From Dehalococcoidia bacterium (GTDB lineage Bacteria; Chloroflexota; Dehalococcoidia; Bin125): a stretch of DNA of 64,000 nucleotides. The notes below the pieces were generated by a model. The model did no database searches and was not told the origin of the DNA. It saw nothing but the letters and a program-made list of their open reading frames with translations. A program made the translations under genes and the position numbers. Position 1 is the stretch's first letter. Each line of letters opens with the position of its first letter. The stretch is taken from assembly GCA_965203775.1 (NCBI GenBank), contig OZ241913.1, positions 3,242,653-3,306,652 of the forward strand, written 5' to 3'. Positions 25,768 to 38,805 of this stretch are shown one piece after another.

Positions 25768-27285
25768 CTAGTCGCCGCCGGCAGCGGGTGCGGGAGCGGG
25801 CGACTCCTCGAGTGCGGAGACTTCGGTCGCGGTGCCCGGCGCGACGGTGGGGAACTCGGGGTAAGCGCCGATGCCGTGCTCCTGGACATCGAGGCCGGCG
25901 AGCTCTTCGGCTTCGCTGACGCGCAGGCCGATGGTGTTCTTGATCACGAAGAACAGGATGCCGGCGGTGGCGAGCGTCCAGCCGAGGACGGCGAGGATGC
26001 CGACGATCTGCACCCAGAGGACGCCGAAGCCGCCGCCCATCAGCAGGCCGTACGGACCGGTCCACTCTTCGATCGGGATGTCGGTGCCACTCCAGAAGTG
26101 AGCGCCGCCTTTGATGGCGAAGAGACCGACAGCCAGAGTGCCCCAGATGCCGCACACGCCGTGGACGGAGATTGCGCCCACAGGGTCGTCGATTTTGATC
26201 CGGTCGAAGAACGCGACGGCGAAGACGACCAGAACTCCGCCAACAGCGCCGATGAGCAGCGCGGCCCAGGGCTCGACGAAGCCGCAGCCGGCGGTGATCG
26301 AGACGAGTCCGGCGAGCGCGCCGTTCATCGTCAGGCCGAGGTCAGCCTTGCCGTAGCGGAGCTTGGCGACGCCCATGGCGACGATCGCGCCTGCGCCGGC
26401 GGAGAGGGTGGTGTTGATCGCGACCCAAGCGGCTTCGGTGGCGAGCCCGTCGGTGAGGCCGAGGGTGGAGCCGGGGTTGAAGCCGTACCAGCCGAACCAG
26501 AGGATGAACATGCCGAGCGCGGCCATGCTCATGTTGTGTCCAGGAATGGCGGTGGGGGTGCCATCAGAGGCGTACTTGCCGATGCGGGGTCCGAGCAGGA
26601 AGGCTCCGGCGAGTCCGGCCCAGGCGCCGACGCTGTGGACGATCGTCGAGCCGGCGTAGTCCATGAAGCCCGTCTCGCCGAGCTCGCTCAGCCAGCCGCC
26701 GCCCCAGGTCCAGTTGACGACGATCGGGTAGATCAGGCCGGTGATGAAGACGGTGTAGAAGAGGTAGGCGGAGAATTTGGTGCGCTCGGCGAGCGCGCCG
26801 GAGACGATGGTGGCGGCGGTGGCGGCGAAGGCCCATTGGAAGAAGAAGAGGGCGGCCTCGGAGACGCCGTCGGTCTCGGTCAGCCCGCCCAGGGCGGGGA
26901 AGAACGAGTGGCCGCCGATGAAGCCGCCTTGACTGGTGCCGAAGGCGAAGCCGAACCCGACGGCCCACCAGACGACGCCGCCGAGCGAGGCGTCGAGCAC
27001 GTTCTTCATCAGGATGTTGGCGGTGTTTTTGACGCGGACGAAGCCGGCCTCGAGCATCCCAAATCCCGCCTGCATGAAGAAGACGAGGATGCCGGCGATG
27101 ACGTACCAGATGGTGTCGACGGCGAGGATCAGGTCGGCGACGGCTTCGGCGTCCTGCGCGGCGGCGATGCCGAGAGTGGCGAGCAGGGCGGTGGCGAGGC
27201 CGGCGGCGAGGCCGATGCCCGCTCGTTTGGCTCCGCGGGGGAGCCTGCCCCGTAAGGGGCGACTGCGAATTCCGGGGTGAATCAT
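25768..27285 (-). CDS. amt: Ammonium transporter
   Basis: Amt/MEP signature regions (FGFNPGS, HGVCGIWG) and an N-terminal signal-like segment. Start chosen at MIHPGIRS. The track N-terminal extension comes from translating repeats. Confidence 0.9.
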   Translation of the reverse strand: MIHPGIRSRPLRGRLPRGAKRAGIGLAAGLATALLATLGIAAAQDAEAVADLILAVDTIWYVIAGILVFFMQAGFGMLEAGFVRVKNTANILMKNVLDASLGGVVWWAVGFGFAFGTSQGGFIGGHSFFPALGGLTETDGVSEAALFFFQWAFAATAATIVSGALAERTKFSAYLFYTVFITGLIYPIVVNWTWGGGWLSELGETGFMDYAGSTIVHSVGAWAGLAGAFLLGPRIGKYASDGTPTAIPGHNMSMAALGMFILWFGWYGFNPGSTLGLTDGLATEAAWVAINTTLSAGAGAIVAMGVAKLRYGKADLGLTMNGALAGLVSITAGCGFVEPWAALLIGAVGGVLVVFAVAFFDRIKIDDPVGAISVHGVCGIWGTLAVGLFAIKGGAHFWSGTDIPIEEWTGPYGLLMGGGFGVLWVQIVGILAVLGWTLATAGILFFVIKNTIGLRVSEAEELAGLDVQEHGIGAYPEFPTVAPGTATEVSALEESPAPAPAAGGD

Positions 27286-27458
27286 GCATTCCTCCGTTCC
27301 CGGGTGGGTGGTGTCATTGAGTAAGCTATGCAGCGTTGGCGGCAGCTTGGTTTCGCGCGGTTTACGCGCTTGTGTCGTTTGGATGTCGCCGTGTTTCGGG
27401 GATGTTTCGGGGACTGATCGTGAGTGGGGTAAATCGGGCAGGTGAGCGGAGCGGGACG

Positions 27459-27890
27459 ATGAACTATCGGCTGATGCGGGCGGTGACGCGAATTCAGGAT
27501 GCGCAGTTTTCGCTGTTTGGGGGGCGCTGGATGGGTCCGCCGACGCTGCGGTTGACGACGACGGGTCGGCGGAGCGGTCGGGCGCGGCGGGTGCTGCTGC
27601 TGTATCTGGAGGATGGGGAGCGGCTGGTCGTGATCGCGTCGGCGGGCGGGGCGGCGGCGGATCCGGACTGGTGCAAAAATCTGCGGGCAAATCCGCGGGC
27701 GGTGGTGGAGCGCGGCAGGCGGGCGACGGCGGAGTATGAGGCGGTGGAGTTGGAGGGTGAGGAGCGGGAGGCGATGTTCGGGAAGATGTGCGGGCTGTTT
27801 TCGCATTTCGAGGGGTATCAGCGGAAGGCGGGGCGTTTGATTCCGGTGGTGGCGTTGGAGCGGGTGGGGTTCCTGCCTGCGCAGGAATGA
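27459..27890 (+). CDS. Deazaflavin(F420)-dependent nitroreductase-family protein
   Basis: TTTGRRSGRARRVLLLYLEDGERLVVIASAGGAAADPDWCKNLRANP pattern. The C-terminal GFLPAQE and the stop codon come from a family A repeat. Confidence 0.7.
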   Translation: MNYRLMRAVTRIQDAQFSLFGGRWMGPPTLRLTTTGRRSGRARRVLLLYLEDGERLVVIASAGGAAADPDWCKNLRANPRAVVERGRRATAEYEAVELEGEEREAMFGKMCGLFSHFEGYQRKAGRLIPVVALERVGFLPAQE

Positions 27891-28257
27891 CGGTGAAGGG
27901 CGCGGGAGTGACGGTTGGGGATGACGAGTGGGGGGTGGGAGTGGCGAGCGGGGGGGGGGGGGCGGGAGTGACTAGCGGGAGCGCAGGAGTGGCGAGCGGG
28001 GGCGCAGGAATGACGGCGCGGGGATGACGAGTGGTGGGGCGGGAATGGGGTTGGGGGAGAGGGGTGGTGCGCTTGGGGGGTGGTGGGTGTTCGCGGCCGC
28101 TCACCCCCCACCTAACCTCCCCCCTGGTAGGGGGGAGGGACCTGAAAGGGAGGGGGATTGTTGTGAGGGAGAGCGGGCGGAATGGATGGGGTGGGTTCCT
28201 GCCTGCGCAGGAATGACGGTTGAGGGCGCAGGAGGAATGGATGGGCGGCGGGTGGGT
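27868..28257. repeat. REP-like array (families A and B), left part, truncated by the IS insertion
   Basis: Family A at 27868 and 28195, family B hairpin at 28116-28139. The half copy gggtgggttc ends at 28257. Confidence 0.8.
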
Positions 28258-29294
28258 TCGCTAAGTTGGCGCTTGGGGTGCAACGGATGTTGGAGGTGGA
28301 GCGATGGCCCGAACGCACACGCAGCTCAGCCGCGAGGAGCGCTGGCGGCTGGCCCGACTACACGCCGAGGGCCGCTCCGCGCGGCAAATCGCGGCAACTC
28401 TGGATCGCGCGCCATCGACGATTACTCGAGAGTTGAAGCGCAACGCGCGCGCCGACGGCGGTTACGACCCGGACTACGCCCAGCAGCAGACCCGCGCCCA
28501 CTGCATGACTGGGCTTCCGCGGCTTGCGGCTGGAGCGCGACGCCGAACTGCGCGAGCAGGTGCTGAACATGCTCGCCGCCGGCCGCTCGCCCCAGCAGGT
28601 CGCCGGGCGGCTCAAGCGCGAAGCCGGGCGGCACGTGATCTCGCCCGAGAGCATCTACCGCTTCATCCACGCCCAGATCGCCCGCACCAAGGACTACCGC
28701 TTCGCCCGCTATCTGCCCCGCGGGCGGGTCAAGCGCGGTTACAGCCGCACGCGCGGCGCGCGCGGCTCGACCGATTACCTGCAGGAGCGCCGTCCGCTCA
28801 GCGAGCGCCCGCCCGAGGCCGACCAGCGCCTGGTCTACGGCCACTGGGAGGTGGACCTGATGAGCTTCGGCCAGGGGCGCCCGCCGCTGCTCGTGCTGCA
28901 GGAACGCCGCTCCCGCGCGCTGCTCGCCGCGGCCCTGCCGAGCAAGGCCGCCGAGCCGCTCAGCCGCGTCCTGCGCGGGCTGTTCCGGCGCCTCCCGCCG
29001 GCCCTCCGGCGCAGCGCCACCTTCGACAACGGCTCCGAGTTCGTCCGCCATCACCGGCTCCACGACCTGGGCGTCGAGACGTTCTTCTGCGACCCGCATT
29101 CGCCCTGGCAGAAGGGCGGCGTGGAGAACGCAATCGGCCGGCTGCGCCGCAACACCGACCTCAACGCGCTCTCCGCCGCCGCGCTCCACGCCGTCATCCG
29201 CGCCGCCAACAACACCCCCCGCAAGTGCCTCGACTACCAAACCCCCGCCGAAGTGCTCCACAACCAACTGTTGCATTTGCAAGCTGACTCCACA
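28258..29294 (+). mobile_element. IS30-family insertion sequence inserted into a family A repeat
   Basis: IS30-type transposase. Imperfect terminal inverted repeats (gcttggggtgcaac... / ...gttgcatttgcaagc). TTC lies on both flanks (28255-28257 and 29295-29297), and the flanks reconstitute gggttcctgcctgcgcagg. Confidence 0.75.
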
Positions 29295-29315
29295 TTCCTG
29301 CCTGCGCAGGAATGA
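28304..29315 (+). pseudogene. IS30-family transposase, interrupted by a frameshift near 28515-28525
   Basis: The N-terminal HTH (MARTHTQLSREERWRLARLHAEGRSARQIAATLDRAPSTITRELKRN) is in one frame. The remainder (LERDAELREQVL...DDE region...HSPWQKGGVENAIGRLRR) is in another frame. The ORF runs past the IS end into the flanking repeat. Confidence 0.7.
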
Positions 29316-29640
29316 CGGTTGAGGGCGCGAGAATGATGAGTGGGGGCGGGAGCGGCGAGCGGGGGGCGGGAATGGGGTTGGGGGAGAGAGGTGGTGCGCT
29401 TGGGGGGTGGTGGATGTTCGCGGCCGCTCACCCCCCACCTAACCTCCCCCCTGGTAGGGGGGAGGGACCAGAAAAGGGCGGGGGATTGTTGTGAGGGAGA
29501 GCGGGCGGGATGGGGCGGGAATGTGTGCGTGGGAGGAATAGATGGGGTGGCGGGTGGGTTCCTGCCTGCGCAGGAATGACGGTTGGGGGCGCGGGAAATG
29601 AGGGGGAGGGGGCGCGGGAAATGAGGGGAGGAGGGGAATT
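29295..29640. repeat. REP-like array, right part
   Basis: Family A at 29295 and 29557, family B hairpin at 29443-29465. This macro-unit is homologous to 28030-28257. Confidence 0.8.
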
Positions 29641-29654
29641 GGGGATGGACGACG

Positions 29655-29682
29655 GAGAGCCGAGCTTTGGGGCTCGGCTCTC
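29655..29682 (-). terminator. Perfect 11-bp hairpin immediately 3' of tRNA-fMet (possible operon terminator, no U-tract)
   Basis: gagagccgagc-tttggg-gctcggctctc. Confidence 0.4.
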
Positions 29683-29693
29683 TGAGTGGTGTC

Positions 29694-29768
<75 letters not shown>

Positions 29769-29861
29769 ACCGTGGACTGAGGGAGCAGGCTGCGAAAGCG
29801 TGTTGAGCGTGCGGCGTGTGCGGCGCGGATGCGCGCCGCTGCGCTGCGCAGTGGGTAGGGC

Positions 29862-32848
<2,987 letters not shown>

Positions 32849-33164
32849 CGCTACACGCTGCGCATGCGCATGAACCACACGCTCTGCCTCCGGACGCGCT
32901 GCGCCTGGCCGCCGCGGTCCTTTCGGGCCGGGGCGGGCGCTGCGCACCGAAGGCGTTTCCCGCTGCTCCCTGCGTCGCATGCAGGGAGCGCTGTGGACGC
33001 TTTCGCAACCTGTCCCTTGTCAAGGCGCTCCCCGCAGGCGGGCGGCGCTCCGCCGGAGCGGCGCGGGCTCGCTGAGGGGTGCAAGACGCAATCCTACCCC
33101 CCTGATCGCGCTGGCGTCAACCGCCCCGTGAGGGAGGCTGTGCAGGGGCGGGGCCGGGGGCGGC

Positions 33165-33986
33165 TCAGAAGCGGTCCTGGTAGGAGCGGGCGAGCGATTC
33201 GGAGGGGTCGGCCTGGATGCCGAGCGGGGGGATGGGGTAGCGCAGCCCGTTGCGCGAGAGGGCTTCAAGCCCGGCGATGAGCTTGGGCAGGTAGCGGGGC
33301 GGGATGGCCATGAGCAGTTCGTCGTCCTGCACGCCGCCGAAGCGGCGCTCGGCGTAGCAGGGGATGGAGAGGGAGGGCTCGCCGGTGCGGAGGGCGCGGC
33401 CCCAGCTGTCGGCGCAGGCGGATTCGCCGACGACGGTGAAGTCGAATTTCTTGTAGCCGCTGAACTGGAGGCCGTTGATCAGGATGATCATCTGCCCCGG
33501 AGTGCCGTAGAGCAGGACGAGGTCGGGCGGGTCGAGGCGGCCGGCGGCGAGGGGGGAGACGGCGAGGGCGGCGTAGCGTCCGCTGGGGAGGACATCCATG
33601 GCCTGCTGGTGGGCGATGGAGTCTTCGTCGGTCTCGAACCAGACATTGGTCATGGTGGTGCGGCCGCGCCACTCGCCGCCGTCTTCGTTGGGGTGGAGTC
33701 CGACGGGCGCGCCGCACTGCGCACCGATCAGGTCGTCCATGGTGATGCCGAGGGTGAAGTTGAGCCAGCGGGCCTGGGCGACGATCTGGTCGAGGGCGAA
33801 TTTGGTCTGGGGGCGGCGGATGCGGGGGACCGCCTCCATTTGCTCGACGGTCTCGAACAACTTCATGCCGACGGGGGTGGGCGTGAGTCGGAGCAGGCGG
33901 GCGAGGTCGGCGACGATTTGGGGCCAGTCGTAGACGTCGGGCTCGGGCGGTGCGTCGGCGGCGACGCCGATAGCGGTGGTGGTCAT
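33165..33986 (-). CDS. DUF169-like protein
   Basis: Recognised by overall pattern only (PVGMKLFE..., conserved Cys positions). Confidence 0.5.
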   Translation of the reverse strand: MTTTAIGVAADAPPEPDVYDWPQIVADLARLLRLTPTPVGMKLFETVEQMEAVPRIRRPQTKFALDQIVAQARWLNFTLGITMDDLIGAQCGAPVGLHPNEDGGEWRGRTTMTNVWFETDEDSIAHQQAMDVLPSGRYAALAVSPLAAGRLDPPDLVLLYGTPGQMIILINGLQFSGYKKFDFTVVGESACADSWGRALRTGEPSLSIPCYAERRFGGVQDDELLMAIPPRYLPKLIAGLEALSRNGLRYPIPPLGIQADPSESLARSYQDRF

Positions 33987-34090
33987 GGTGCGTCCTCCCT
34001 TGCCTGCGATGGTAGGCGAGAGGCGACCGCGACGCTCTATCCTCAGTCGCCAACCCGGACCCGTGATGGACTCGGAAAGGTCGGCGCGCC

Positions 34091-35344
34091 ATGAGAATTC
34101 CCAAGGTCCTCTTCTTCGCCCTGATCGCTGCGGCGGTCGCCGGCGGGATGCTGATCAGCCAGTTTGCGTTGGGCGGCGCGTCGGCTCAGAGCGAGGGGGG
34201 TACGCATGCGCGGGAGGTGCGGATTGCGGCGCTCACGCACGAGAACGGGCGGGTGGAGGTGGCGCTGCAGCAACGAGAAGCGAACGGTGAATGGGGAGCG
34301 CGGCAGCGGCCTGCGCTGCGCTTTGTGGCGGACGACGCGCCGGCCGGCCGCTGGCTGCACAGTTCGCCGCTGGCGCTGACGCCGCCCGACGATCACTTCT
34401 ACTGCCTGATTGGGCACGGTCGCGCGGACGACTACTTCTGGGCGCAGCTGGAGCGGTATTCGAAGCTGGCCGCGCAGCGGCTGGGGCTGAATGTGCGCTT
34501 CGGCAACTACCTGGACCACAGCGAGCAGGTGGCGGCGATCCGCGAGTGCATCGCCGACGGCGCGGCGGCGATCGCCTCGTCGATTCCGCAGCCGAGCGAG
34601 ATCGTCGGGGCGCTGCAGGAGGCGCGCGAGGCGGGTATTCGGGTGCTGACCTACAACTCGGGCTCGGAGTTCGCAACGGAGGCCGGTTCGTCGGTCCATT
34701 TCCAGCTCGATGAACGGGCGGCGGGGCGCAAGGCGGCGGAGCGGCTGAACCTGGAGCAGGTGACGGGGCGAGCGCTGTGCGTGATTCACGAGGAGCGCAA
34801 CGTGGGCTTGCCGCCGCGCTGCGCGGCGCTGACCGAGACCTACACGGGCGGGCCGGTCGAGGTCTTACAGCTGCGCGATGCGGACGGCTTCGACTCGATC
34901 AGCCGCCGCCTGCGGGCGCGTTTTGAGGACGAGTCGCAGCCGGCGCTGGCGGTGATCGTGAGTCTGAGCGGGGACACGATGATCGCGGCGATGGCGGCGG
35001 TCGAGGGTTCGGAGCTCTGCCCGGAGTCGGAGCGTTGCCCGCGCGTGGCGGCGGTCGGCGCGACGCCGCGGATTGCGACGTTCCCGCCGTGGGTGCGCGA
35101 GCGGAATCTGACGACGGTCGACGACGCCGGCTCGTTCCAAGGTTATCTGATCACGGCGTCGTTCCACATGTGGCAGAACTACCACCGCCCGGACTTTCTG
35201 ATTCTGGGGACGCCGATTCTGTCGATCGATCCGTACGTGAACAACGCGGCGGGCTACCGGACACAGGCGGCGGCGGAGACGCTCGATTCGAATCTGGATC
35301 TGATCGGGGATGACCCGGAGAGTCGCACGGAGCAGAGCGAGTAA
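34091..35344 (+). CDS. Secreted periplasmic-binding-protein type 1 (sugar-binding-like) domain protein
   Basis: Signal peptide MRIPKVLFFALIAAAVAGGMLISQFALGGASAQ, and a PBP1-like segment (AAIASSIPQPSEIVGALQEAREAGIRVLTYNSG). Confidence 0.5.
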   Translation: MRIPKVLFFALIAAAVAGGMLISQFALGGASAQSEGGTHAREVRIAALTHENGRVEVALQQREANGEWGARQRPALRFVADDAPAGRWLHSSPLALTPPDDHFYCLIGHGRADDYFWAQLERYSKLAAQRLGLNVRFGNYLDHSEQVAAIRECIADGAAAIASSIPQPSEIVGALQEAREAGIRVLTYNSGSEFATEAGSSVHFQLDERAAGRKAAERLNLEQVTGRALCVIHEERNVGLPPRCAALTETYTGGPVEVLQLRDADGFDSISRRLRARFEDESQPALAVIVSLSGDTMIAAMAAVEGSELCPESERCPRVAAVGATPRIATFPPWVRERNLTTVDDAGSFQGYLITASFHMWQNYHRPDFLILGTPILSIDPYVNNAAGYRTQAAAETLDSNLDLIGDDPESRTEQSE

Positions 35345-35709
35345 GGGCGGTTGAGCCGGCAGCCTCTCTTCTTCCATCGAGAGGAGAGGCCGTCGGCGGG
35401 GGGGCGTCGGGTTTGCCGGGATGGCGCTTGCCTGGCCAGCGGGCCCGATTGAGGTCGTTGCGACGCTTGAGCGCGGCATCGTCCGGGCTCTGTAGGGCGT
35501 CACTTGTGGGCGTCTGTTCGTTCTCTAGCAGGTGGCGCGGGTGGGCAGACGGCTGAGTGGAAGTTTTGCGACGGTCTCCGCGAGGGGGAGCGATAGAGCA
35601 TTGGCGTTTACACCGTCGCGCTGCTGCGGTCTTGGCTAGGATGCGCCCAACTGTGCAGGGCAGCGGGATCGCGCGCGGGACCGCGGCCGACGGATCGAGG
35701 AGGGTTGAG

Positions 35710-36945
35710 ATGCCGGCGTTGGACGGGATGCGGGTGCTGGACATGACGCAATACGAGGCGGGCACGTCGTGCACGCAGGCGCTGGCCTGGCTGGGCGCGG
35801 ATGTGGTCAAGGTGGAGCAGCCCGGGCGGGGCGATCCGGGCCGCGGCGTGCGCGGGACGGAGTTCGACTCGCCGTATTTCGTGGCGTGGAACTCGAACAA
35901 GCGCTCGGTGGCGCTGGATTTGCAGTCGGAGCGGGGGCGGGCGCTGCTGCTGGAGATGGCTCCGCACTACGACGTGTTCGTGGAGAACTACGGGCCGGGC
36001 GTGATGGAGCGTCTGGGGCTGACCTACGCGGCGTTTGAGGCGGTCAACCCGGCGATCATCTACGCGCGGCTGAAGGGGTTCGGGCTGTCGGGGCCGTTCG
36101 CGGAGTACAAGTGCTTCGACCCGATTGCGCAGAACGCGGCGGGGGCGTTTTCGACGACGGGCGAGGCGGACGGCCCGCCGACGCTGCCGGGCGCGGCGGT
36201 GGGCGACTCGGGGACGGGGATGCAGCTGGCGTTCGCGATCACGGCGGCGTATGTGCAGAAGCTGCGCACGGGCGAGGGGCAGGAGATCGAGATTTCGATG
36301 CAGGAGGCGATGACCTACTACATGCGGACGTACGTGGCGCAGACGGACGACTGGGGGGAGACGGTGGTGCCGCGCAGCGGGAACGGTTTCGGGCGGGGGC
36401 CGACGAATCTGTACCCGTGCAAGCCGGTCGAGGGCTCGGACGGGTCGAACGACTACGTGTACCTGATCGTGATGACCTCGCGGATGTGGGACACGATGTG
36501 CGCGGCGATGGAGCGGACGGATCTGCTGGTGGATCCGCGCTTCGCGGATGAGGAGGCGCGGGTGGAGCACGTGGCGGAGCTGCAGGCGGAGATTCGCAAT
36601 TGGACGATGCAGCGGACGAAGTGGGAGGCGATGGAGATTCTGGGCAAGGCGGGGGTGCCGTGCTCGGCGACGCACGACACCTACGACCTGTTCCACAACC
36701 CGCACTTCGAGGCGCGGGGCTTCATTGCGCATCTGGAACACCCGCAGTGGGGCGAAATTCGGCAGTTGGGCTGGGCGCCGCGGCTGTCGCGCTCGGCGGT
36801 GCCGATGCGGGCCGCGCCGCTGCTGGGCGAGCACACGCGCGAGGTGCTGGCGGACGACCTCGGGGTCTGCGCGGAGGATCTGGCGGCGTTGGCTCGGGAG
36901 GGCGTGGTCGGGGGCGTCGGCGAGGGCGCGGCGGGAACTCTATGA
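35710..36945 (+). CDS. Family III CoA-transferase (CaiB/BaiF-like), copy 1
   Basis: MPALDGMRVLDMTQYEAGTSCTQALAWLGADVVKVEQPGRGDPGR. Start moved to the ATG at 35710 by comparison with copy 2. Confidence 0.85.
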   Translation: MPALDGMRVLDMTQYEAGTSCTQALAWLGADVVKVEQPGRGDPGRGVRGTEFDSPYFVAWNSNKRSVALDLQSERGRALLLEMAPHYDVFVENYGPGVMERLGLTYAAFEAVNPAIIYARLKGFGLSGPFAEYKCFDPIAQNAAGAFSTTGEADGPPTLPGAAVGDSGTGMQLAFAITAAYVQKLRTGEGQEIEISMQEAMTYYMRTYVAQTDDWGETVVPRSGNGFGRGPTNLYPCKPVEGSDGSNDYVYLIVMTSRMWDTMCAAMERTDLLVDPRFADEEARVEHVAELQAEIRNWTMQRTKWEAMEILGKAGVPCSATHDTYDLFHNPHFEARGFIAHLEHPQWGEIRQLGWAPRLSRSAVPMRAAPLLGEHTREVLADDLGVCAEDLAALAREGVVGGVGEGAAGTL

Positions 36946-37008
36946 TGAGTGCGATGATCAGAGCGCCTGCGAGCCGCCGCCGGCTCGCGCCGCGGAGGAG
37001 GACTGACG

Positions 37009-38232
37009 ATGCCCGCACTTGACGGAATGCGGATCCTGGACATGACGCAGTACGAGGCGGGCACGTCGTGCACGCAGGCGCTGGCCTGGCTGGGCGCAGA
37101 TGTGGTGAAGATCGAGCAGCCGGGCGTGGGCGATCCGGGCCGCGGCGTGCGCACGGGGGCGCTGAACTCGCCGTATTTCGTGAACTGGAACTCGAACAAG
37201 CGGAGCGTGACGCTGAACCTGCGCGAGGCGCGGGGGCGGGAGCTGCTCCTGGAGATGGCGCCGCACTACGATGTGTTCGTGGAGAACTACGGGCCGGGCG
37301 TGATCGAGAATCTGGAGCTGGGCTACGAGGTGATGAAGGAAGCGAATCCGGGGATCATCTACGCGCGGCTGAAGGGGTTCGGGCTGTCGGGCCCGTGGGC
37401 GGACTACAAGTGCTTCGACATGATCGCGCAGGCGGCGGCCGGGGCGTTTTCGGTGACGGGCGAGGAGGACGGGCCGCCGATGCTGCCGGGCGCGACAGTG
37501 GGAGACTCGGGGACGGGGGTGGAGCTGGCGCTGGCGATCACGGCGGCCTATGTGCAGAAGCAGCGGACGGGCGAGGGGCAGTTCATCGAGATCACGATGC
37601 AGGAGGCGATGACCTACTTCATGCGGACGCGGATCGCGTACTCGGAGTGGGGCGAGAAGGTGGCGCCGCGGCGGGGCAACTCGGCGGGCGCGCCGACGGA
37701 CCTGTACCCCTGCAAGCCGGCGCACGGCGGCGACGGGGCGAACGATTATGTCTACGTGATGGTCGTGACCTCGCGGATGTGGGACACGCTCTGCGCCACC
37801 ATCGGGCGGCCGGAGCTGATCGTGGACCCGCGCTTCGAGGACATGTGGAAGCGGAACGAGAACGGCAAGGATCTCTACGCGGAGATCGCGAAGTGGACGC
37901 GGCAGCGGACCAAGTGGGAGGCGATGGAGGAGCTGGGGGCGGCGGGCGTGCCGGCGTCGGCGGTGCTGGACACCTACGACCTGTTCCACAATCCGCACTT
38001 CGAGGAGCGCGGCTTCGTGCATGATCTGGAGCATCCGGACTACGGGCCAATTCGGCTGCTGGGCTGGGCGCCGCGAATGTCGGCGAGCGAGGTGCCGCTG
38101 CGCCGCGCGCCGCTGCTGGGCGAGCACACGCTGGATGTGCTGAGCGACGATCTGGGGCTCGGCTCGGGCGAGATGCAGGAGCTGGAGGCGGCGGGGGTGA
38201 TCGGCGGCGCGCCGGTGATCGCGGGGAAGTAG
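37009..38232 (+). CDS. Family III CoA-transferase (CaiB/BaiF-like), copy 2 (tandem paralog)
   Basis: Collinear with copy 1 along its whole length. Confidence 0.85.
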   Translation: MPALDGMRILDMTQYEAGTSCTQALAWLGADVVKIEQPGVGDPGRGVRTGALNSPYFVNWNSNKRSVTLNLREARGRELLLEMAPHYDVFVENYGPGVIENLELGYEVMKEANPGIIYARLKGFGLSGPWADYKCFDMIAQAAAGAFSVTGEEDGPPMLPGATVGDSGTGVELALAITAAYVQKQRTGEGQFIEITMQEAMTYFMRTRIAYSEWGEKVAPRRGNSAGAPTDLYPCKPAHGGDGANDYVYVMVVTSRMWDTLCATIGRPELIVDPRFEDMWKRNENGKDLYAEIAKWTRQRTKWEAMEELGAAGVPASAVLDTYDLFHNPHFEERGFVHDLEHPDYGPIRLLGWAPRMSASEVPLRRAPLLGEHTLDVLSDDLGLGSGEMQELEAAGVIGGAPVIAGK

Positions 38233-38273
38233 GGGCGCCGACGTCGGCCGAAGAGTCGCCGCTGCTGCGTGGG

Positions 38274-38774
38274 TTGCCGCCGATTCTGCCGGATGGCAGG
38301 TTGCGGGCGCTGGTGCTGGGCTCGTTTCCGAGCGTGGCGTCGCTGGAAGCGGGGCAGTACTACGCGCATCCGCAAAACTGGTTCTGGCGGGTGCTGGAGC
38401 GCTGCGGGGTAATCGCGGATGCGAACGCGCCGTATGAGCGGCGGGTGGCGGAGCTGCGGCGGGTCGGCCTGGGCGTGTGGGATTTGTACGCGCGGGTGCG
38501 GCGGGAAGGTTCGGGGGACGATCGGATTCGCGACCAGGCGGTCAACCGGGTCGATCTGCTGCTGCGGGAGCGGGGGCCGTTTCCGATTTTGCTGAACGGC
38601 CGCCGGGAGCGGGAGTGGCGGCGTCATTTCGGGGGTCTGGATGCGGAGACGGCGGCGCTGCCAAGCACAAGCCCGCGTCCGCTGCATTGGAATACGGAGG
38701 AGTCGCGGGCGGCGGCGATCGGGGAGTGGTGTGAGGCGCTGTCGGTGCTCAATCGGGATACACTTGATCAGTGA
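38274..38774 (+). CDS. DNA-deoxyinosine (hypoxanthine) glycosylase, UDG family 6-like
   Basis: LVLGSFPSVASLEAGQYYAHPQNWFWRVL and LPSTSP motifs. TTG start. Confidence 0.7.
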   Translation: MPPILPDGRLRALVLGSFPSVASLEAGQYYAHPQNWFWRVLERCGVIADANAPYERRVAELRRVGLGVWDLYARVRREGSGDDRIRDQAVNRVDLLLRERGPFPILLNGRREREWRRHFGGLDAETAALPSTSPRPLHWNTEESRAAAIGEWCEALSVLNRDTLDQ

Positions 38775-38805
38775 TCATCAGGATTCGCCGCCGAGGATTG
38801 TGAAC

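Noticed and set aside
25698-25889. N-terminal 64-codon extension of the P-II ORF, and extensions of amt, DinB, CoA-transferase 1 and the FnIII-like protein in the track
   Set aside because: The extensions are Arg/Pro-rich, overlap neighbouring genes or repeats, and are absent from the well-known family N-termini. Internal Met starts give canonical proteins.
28500-28530. Programmed ribosomal frameshift in the IS30 transposase
   Set aside because: IS30-family transposases are normally single ORFs and no slippery heptamer was seen. An indel (decay or sequencing error) is more likely.
29769-29861. Looked for a 5S rRNA gene between the 23S gene and tRNA-fMet
   Set aside because: Only about 90 nt are available and no 5S-like helices or conserved loops were seen.
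33000-33030. TTGACA (minus strand, about 33021-33026) as the 23S promoter
   Set aside because: No acceptable -10 hexamer lies at a 16-19 nt spacing, so it is too weak to annotate.
35362-35390. Hairpin gcctctc...gagaggc after the binding-protein gene, as a terminator
   Set aside because: The stem is short, the loop is long and there is no U-tract. It is plausible but not strong enough to list as a feature.
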